A stretch of DNA of 63,516 nt, the filler included, from Octopus bimaculoides (taxonomy: Eukaryota), in the NCBI RefSeq assembly GCF_001194135.2. It is 8 parts of 7 records of this genome, joined end to end, with 100 filler letters (N's around TTAATTAATTAA, not from the genome) between each part and the next. Parts side by side here need not be neighbours in the genome. Positions count along the whole stretch, not along the records: positions 61,761 to 63,516 come from NC_068987.1; 7 more parts are not named here. The stretch is one strand, 5' to 3'. Shown piece by piece: positions 62,280-63,516 of the stretch. The notes beneath the pieces were generated by a model, which worked only from the letters and a program-made list of their open reading frames with translations, made no database searches and was not told the DNA's origin. The position numbers and the translations under genes were made by a program. Position 1 is the stretch's first letter. Each line of letters starts with the position of its first letter.

Positions 62280-62945
62280 TAGAAATCCTTTATCTTAAAC
62301 TCTCCAAAATCCGAAAGTTTTTTGAAGGCTGACATGACACTCCACAAATGGAAAATTCCACAAAAGGCTGGGAAGGTTCCACCAGGTACAGCAGTTGTAT
62401 GCTGTTATGACACGTAAGTTTGTAAGCAGAGATCATCACGATTTGTTTTTTTTTTCTCTTTGTACAGTAAGCACATGTCATTTTTATGTGAAACCTGAAT
62501 TTCACCTCCACGTATGAGTGTAACATGACTAGCGTCATTACTTGTACATTACTTTAAAAATCAAATTCTGAATTTTTCAGTTTTCATTTTATTTACCTAT
62601 AATTATGTTCAATTCTTTATTTTTATAACTTACACAAAACCTGTGTAGTAAAAAATAAAATACAAATGGCGTACGTGTACTGTAACCTTTTTTTTTATTT
62701 AATCGAAACATGACATCGAAGGTAGAGGCGGATATCCTTACCTTTCTGATGGTATTATGTATAAAAAAATTATTGAAAAATCATATCTAACTACATTCAC
62801 GACATATTTATAAGTTATATTATGACATATAAACGGAGAGTGTGTTTAGACATGCCCAAGCTGTCCAATTTTATTGATGCAAATATAAAAATACACCGAA
62901 ATCTGAAAAAATCCGAAATCCGCAACACTTTCGGTCCTAGGAGTA
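62280..62945. mobile_element. pogo/Tigger-like non-autonomous DNA transposon
   Basis: Left ctccaaaatccgaaagttttttgaaggctgacatgacactccacaaatggaaaattccaca and right aaatctgaaaaaatccgaaatccgcaacactttcggtcc. These resemble Tigger3/MER2-type ends as I recall them. Confidence 0.6.
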
Positions 62946-63289
62946 TATATAGATATATGGAGCGTGGTGGTGTCTGGCAGCTGCACCTTGCCAGGAGTGG
63001 TCAGGTGGACAAACATCACTGGTCCCTATTCAACCTCTAATCTCTCACTTGATGGCTCCTAGCGCTACACCCAGGAATCCCACTTAAGCGAAAGACTTTG
63101 GGTAAGGCTTCTCAAGAAGTCATCAGTTTGGGCAAAAGGAACCTGTTCGGGTCAACGGCCGAGTATTCGGAGCCAAGGCATGTCTGAGGTAGGAGCATAC
63201 GGTTGTGGCTAACAGCTTGGAAAGGAATGAACGTCGCCCAGTTAACTTGCCCATGATACATTCATGATGATGATAACCATATCAGAAGC

Positions 63290-63454
63290 CCAACTGAATC
63301 GGTCGTCGCCCTGGTTTATCAAAGAATGGACAGGCCTCAACTTCACCGACTCACAGAGGGCAGCAGAAGATCAGGAGCAGTGGCAAAGCCTGGTTACAAC
63401 GTCATCAACGAATGCCCCTACGGCCACCACACGGTGAAGAGTTTGGAAGGAAGG

Positions 63455-63455
<1 letters not shown>
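63290..63455 (+). pseudogene. RTE-clade LINE 3' end
   Basis: WFIKEWTGLNFTDSQRAAEDQEQWQSLV matches the RTE/BovB C-terminal pattern IKEWTG...RAAEDRxxW. Confidence 0.7.

Positions 63456-63516
<61 letters not shown>

Overview
Repeat-dense, gap-rich, AT-rich eukaryotic scaffold. It is most likely octopus (cephalopod), inferred from the tRNA-derived SINE families, the microsatellite load and TTAGGG-type repeats; I cannot confirm this without a search. I found no intact protein-coding gene, RNA gene or CRISPR array. Almost all ORF-track entries come from microsatellites or N-gaps. What can be decoded is a set of mobile-element relics. These include about five SINE families and Penelope-like elements (RT at 11.9-13.1 kb, GIY-YIG at 15.6-15.9 kb, a C-terminus at 10.0-10.2 kb). 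Non-LTR relics include Tx1-type and R4/Dong-type (REL) fragments plus CR1/L2-like and RTE pieces. DNA-transposon relics include mariner, maT-like and Tigger-like elements, a hAT MITE with a perfect 8-bp TSD, and a 37-bp-TIR foldback element containing telomere-type repeats. The most structured observation is a co-oriented head-to-tail stack of four non-LTR fragments from two lineages (Tx1, Tx1, Dong/R4, Tx1) strung on AAT/GAT microsatellites at 24.9-27.9 kb. A few small splice-site-bounded segments may be exons of an unidentified host gene, at low confidence. Element boundaries are approximate unless TIR or TSD coordinates are given.
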